Positions 61,817 to 64,000 of a stretch of 64,000 nucleotides of DNA are shown one piece after another. The first letter of the stretch is position 1. Each line of letters starts with the position of its first letter. The translations under genes and the position numbers were made by a program. The DNA is from an uncultured Acidobacteriota bacterium (GTDB lineage: Bacteria; Acidobacteriota; Thermoanaerobaculia; Multivoradales; SZUA-115), in assembly GCA_963805975.1 (NCBI GenBank), contig CAWDVR010000005.1, positions 416,001-480,000 on the forward strand. Reading direction: 5' to 3'. The notes below the pieces were generated by a model. That model made no database searches, was not told where the DNA came from, and was given only the letters and a program-made list of their open reading frames with translations.

Positions 61817-62290
61817 TCAGCGGAACAAACGCCATCCCTCGAGGATGGCGTTCTCGGTCAGGACGATCCGCTCTCCCTCCACCCGGTGGGCGAGGGCCAC
61901 CGGCGCGCAGCCGCCGTGGTCCGCGTTGACCTCGGCGAGCTTGAAGGCCTTGTCGCACTTGTTGCACACCATCCAGTCGCCCTCGTGCCGGTAGCCGCGC
62001 TTGGTCTTGGCGCAGAGCTCGTTGGCATCGAAGGCGGCGATCACCGTGCCGGCGGGGTCGCGGCCGACGAAGAAGCGGACCTCCTGGTTGCCGGTGTTCA
62101 GGAAGCGGAAGAAGCGCACCTGCGACGGCCCGAGCCCGGAAAGGTCGATCGCCACCGTGCCGTCCGCCCCCGGCGCCACCTGCTCGAAGCTCACCGCCGC
62201 GAAACCGCCGCGCACGGCATGGTCGGCGAGAAAGATCCCGCCGCCGACGAGGAGGATCAGGAGGAGCAGGTGCCACGGCCGGACGCGCAT
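61817..62290 (-). CDS. DUF2318-like membrane-anchored Fe-S/metal-binding protein
   Basis: N-terminal transmembrane helix; AFDANELC, GY..EGD.MVCNKC, GGCAPVAL. Confidence 0.75.
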   Translation of the reverse strand: MRVRPWHLLLLILLVGGGIFLADHAVRGGFAAVSFEQVAPGADGTVAIDLSGLGPSQVRFFRFLNTGNQEVRFFVGRDPAGTVIAAFDANELCAKTKRGYRHEGDWMVCNKCDKAFKLAEVNADHGGCAPVALAHRVEGERIVLTENAILEGWRLFR

Positions 62291-62473
62291 GGACCGATTG
62301 TGGGGCAAGGAGGGAGGGCGCCGCAAGCACCGTCAGCACGCCCGCAGGTGAACGGACCCCCATTTGGTAGAGTACCTATCGTTCAATCTACGGTCATTGG
62401 GTCGTGCATCGGCGGACCGCCCTGGAGCGGTTCCTGCGGTGGGCCCTTTCCACGGACGCTCGGAGATGAGCCA

Positions 62474-64000
62474 CTGAACCTTCTCCCTTCTTGGTGTCGC
62501 CTCGGATCCTGGCTCAGGGCGGCCGGTCTCGCCGGCCTGCTGGCCTCGTTCGGAGCTGTCGCGCACGCGGCTGATGCCGTGCGCCTCCTGGGGGTCGAGG
62601 TGCGCGCCGCTTCTGGCGAGGTGACCGCCGAGATCACCGCCAGCGGCGAGCTCTCGTACTCCACGCAGCGGCTTGCCGGGCCGCGCCGATTCGTGGTCGA
62701 CCTCCCGGGGGTCGTCGTCCTTCCGGGCGCGGTTCCCGCCTCCGTCGAAGTACGCCAGGGTCCGGTGCGGAGGGTTCGGGTGGGGCAGTTCCAGCTCTCT
62801 CCACGGCCCATCTGCCGGCTGGTTTTCGATCTGGAGAGCGCCGCCGAGCCTGAGATCGAGGCCGATGGCTCGCGGCTGAGGGTCCGCTTCGCGCCGGCCG
62901 GGGAGCCTTCCGCCCCGAGTCCTTCGATCGAGCGGACTGCCGAGCCGTCCCAGGCCGCCTCGGCGCCGCCCCCGGTCCCTTCCGCAGCCACGCCACCGGC
63001 CGAGCCCAAGCCGGCACCGCGGGCCACGGTGCTGCGCGGGTTGGACCTGCGCTGCGAGGCCGGGAGAGCCGTGCTGCGGGTGGCCGGCGACGGCTGGATC
63101 CCTTTCTCGAGCTATCGCCTGGCCGGCCCCGACCGGTTGGTGGTGGAGGCCCAGGGCCTGCGGACCGATCATCTTCCGGGCCCCGTTCCTGCGTACCGGG
63201 GCCCGGTGACCGGGGTCGAGGTGGTTCCGCTCGCCGGCACGGCGGGGCCTGCCGTGCGGCTGGTCTTGGGTCTCGCCTCGGGAGCGGACCACCAGGTCGA
63301 GAGCACCCCTGACGGTCTCGTGGTCACCGTCACCTCGCTCGCCGCCGAGACTCTGGCCCCGGTCGAGGAAGCGGCCCCGGTCGAGGCAGCGGTGCCGGTC
63401 GTGACGGCGCCGGTCGTGACCGCAGCCAGCCCTCCGCCGACGGAGGCCGAACCCATGGCGGTCGAGGCCTTCCATCAGCACGACTCGCTGCTCACCGCTG
63501 CCTTGCCGAGCTATCCGTCGCTCCACATCACGGGCTTCAGCGAGGTCAACTACACCGACTCCGAGGAGGAGGCGAAGCCGCAGGGCTTCTCGGAAGGCCA
63601 GCTCGTCCTCCACCTGAGCTCCGCCCTCTCGCCCCGGGTCGGGTTCTTCGGCGAGGTGGCCGTCACCGCCCGCAACAACGAGTTCGAGGTCTCGATGGAG
63701 CGCGGCCTCCTGCGCTACGACCACAGCGACCGACTGAAGATCTCGGTCGGGCGCTACCACACGCCGGTCTCTTGGTGGAACACCGCCTACCACCACGGCG
63801 CCTGGCTCCACACCACCATCGGGCGGCCCGAGATGACGGCTTTCGGCGGCCTCTTCCTGCCGCTGCACTTCGTCGGCGGGATGGTGGAAGGGACGTTTCC
63901 GGCCGGTGGTCTCAACCTCGGCTACCGTGCCGGGATCGGCAACGGGCGCGGAGAGGACCCCCGCCGCCCCGGCGACGCCGGGGACGCCAACTCGAACCTG
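62474..64000 (+). CDS. AMIN-AMIN-outer-membrane beta-barrel (porin-like) fusion, partial
   Basis: Read manually: signal-like N-terminus, LAGPRRFVVDL..VRVGQF..RLVFDL, second AMIN (LAGPDRLVVE), then ITGFSEVNY..EGQLVLH..VGRYHTPVSWWNTAYHHG. Start codon uncertain (CTG at 62474). Confidence 0.75.
   Translation, partial: MNLLPSWCRLGSWLRAAGLAGLLASFGAVAHAADAVRLLGVEVRAASGEVTAEITASGELSYSTQRLAGPRRFVVDLPGVVVLPGAVPASVEVRQGPVRRVRVGQFQLSPRPICRLVFDLESAAEPEIEADGSRLRVRFAPAGEPSAPSPSIERTAEPSQAASAPPPVPSAATPPAEPKPAPRATVLRGLDLRCEAGRAVLRVAGDGWIPFSSYRLAGPDRLVVEAQGLRTDHLPGPVPAYRGPVTGVEVVPLAGTAGPAVRLVLGLASGADHQVESTPDGLVVTVTSLAAETLAPVEEAAPVEAAVPVVTAPVVTAASPPPTEAEPMAVEAFHQHDSLLTAALPSYPSLHITGFSEVNYTDSEEEAKPQGFSEGQLVLHLSSALSPRVGFFGEVAVTARNNEFEVSMERGLLRYDHSDRLKISVGRYHTPVSWWNTAYHHGAWLHTTIGRPEMTAFGGLFLPLHFVGGMVEGTFPAGGLNLGYRAGIGNGRGEDPRRPGDAGDANSNL

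Noticed and set aside
62333-63868. 511-aa minus-strand ORF
   Set aside because: Shadow of the plus-strand AMIN-porin gene.

Overview
This is a very GC-rich bacterial chromosome segment. Gene content and style suggest Acidobacteriota, possibly Thermoanaerobaculia (inference from MglAB, pilMNOPQ, fused SecDF, a FYDLN protein and an 'FADGFESGD' C-terminal motif). Most of it is housekeeping and envelope genes: yhbY, yebC, selD fusion, ABC exporter, FGE plus sulfatase, folK, lolA-tgt-yajC-secDF-relA/spoT, rpmB, pilMNOPQ plus two lipoproteins, acs, a PAS-GGDEF-EAL protein, a YefM/YoeB-type toxin-antitoxin pair, glmS, yvcK and mglBA. The best candidate for an undescribed system is a visibly lower-GC insert at about 31.0-34.5 kb. 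It carries its own sigma70-like promoter, an 80-aa orphan ORF, a 919-aa HEXXH/ExxAD zincin-like protein and a truncated SIR2-family gene, and may be a decayed protease-gated anti-phage module. Other notable items: an ATP-grasp x2/esterase/S51-peptidase/GH57 cluster, an mglBA-HTH/TPR-yvcK-glmS run with a structured intergenic element, a lipidated PilQ, a degenerate HTH-less sigma54 activator, an AMIN-AMIN-porin fusion and several probable leaderless genes. Frameshifts in two otherwise intact genes may be sequencing errors. No rRNA, tRNA, CRISPR array, transposase or integrase was recognised. All family calls come from motif recognition by eye, not from database searches.
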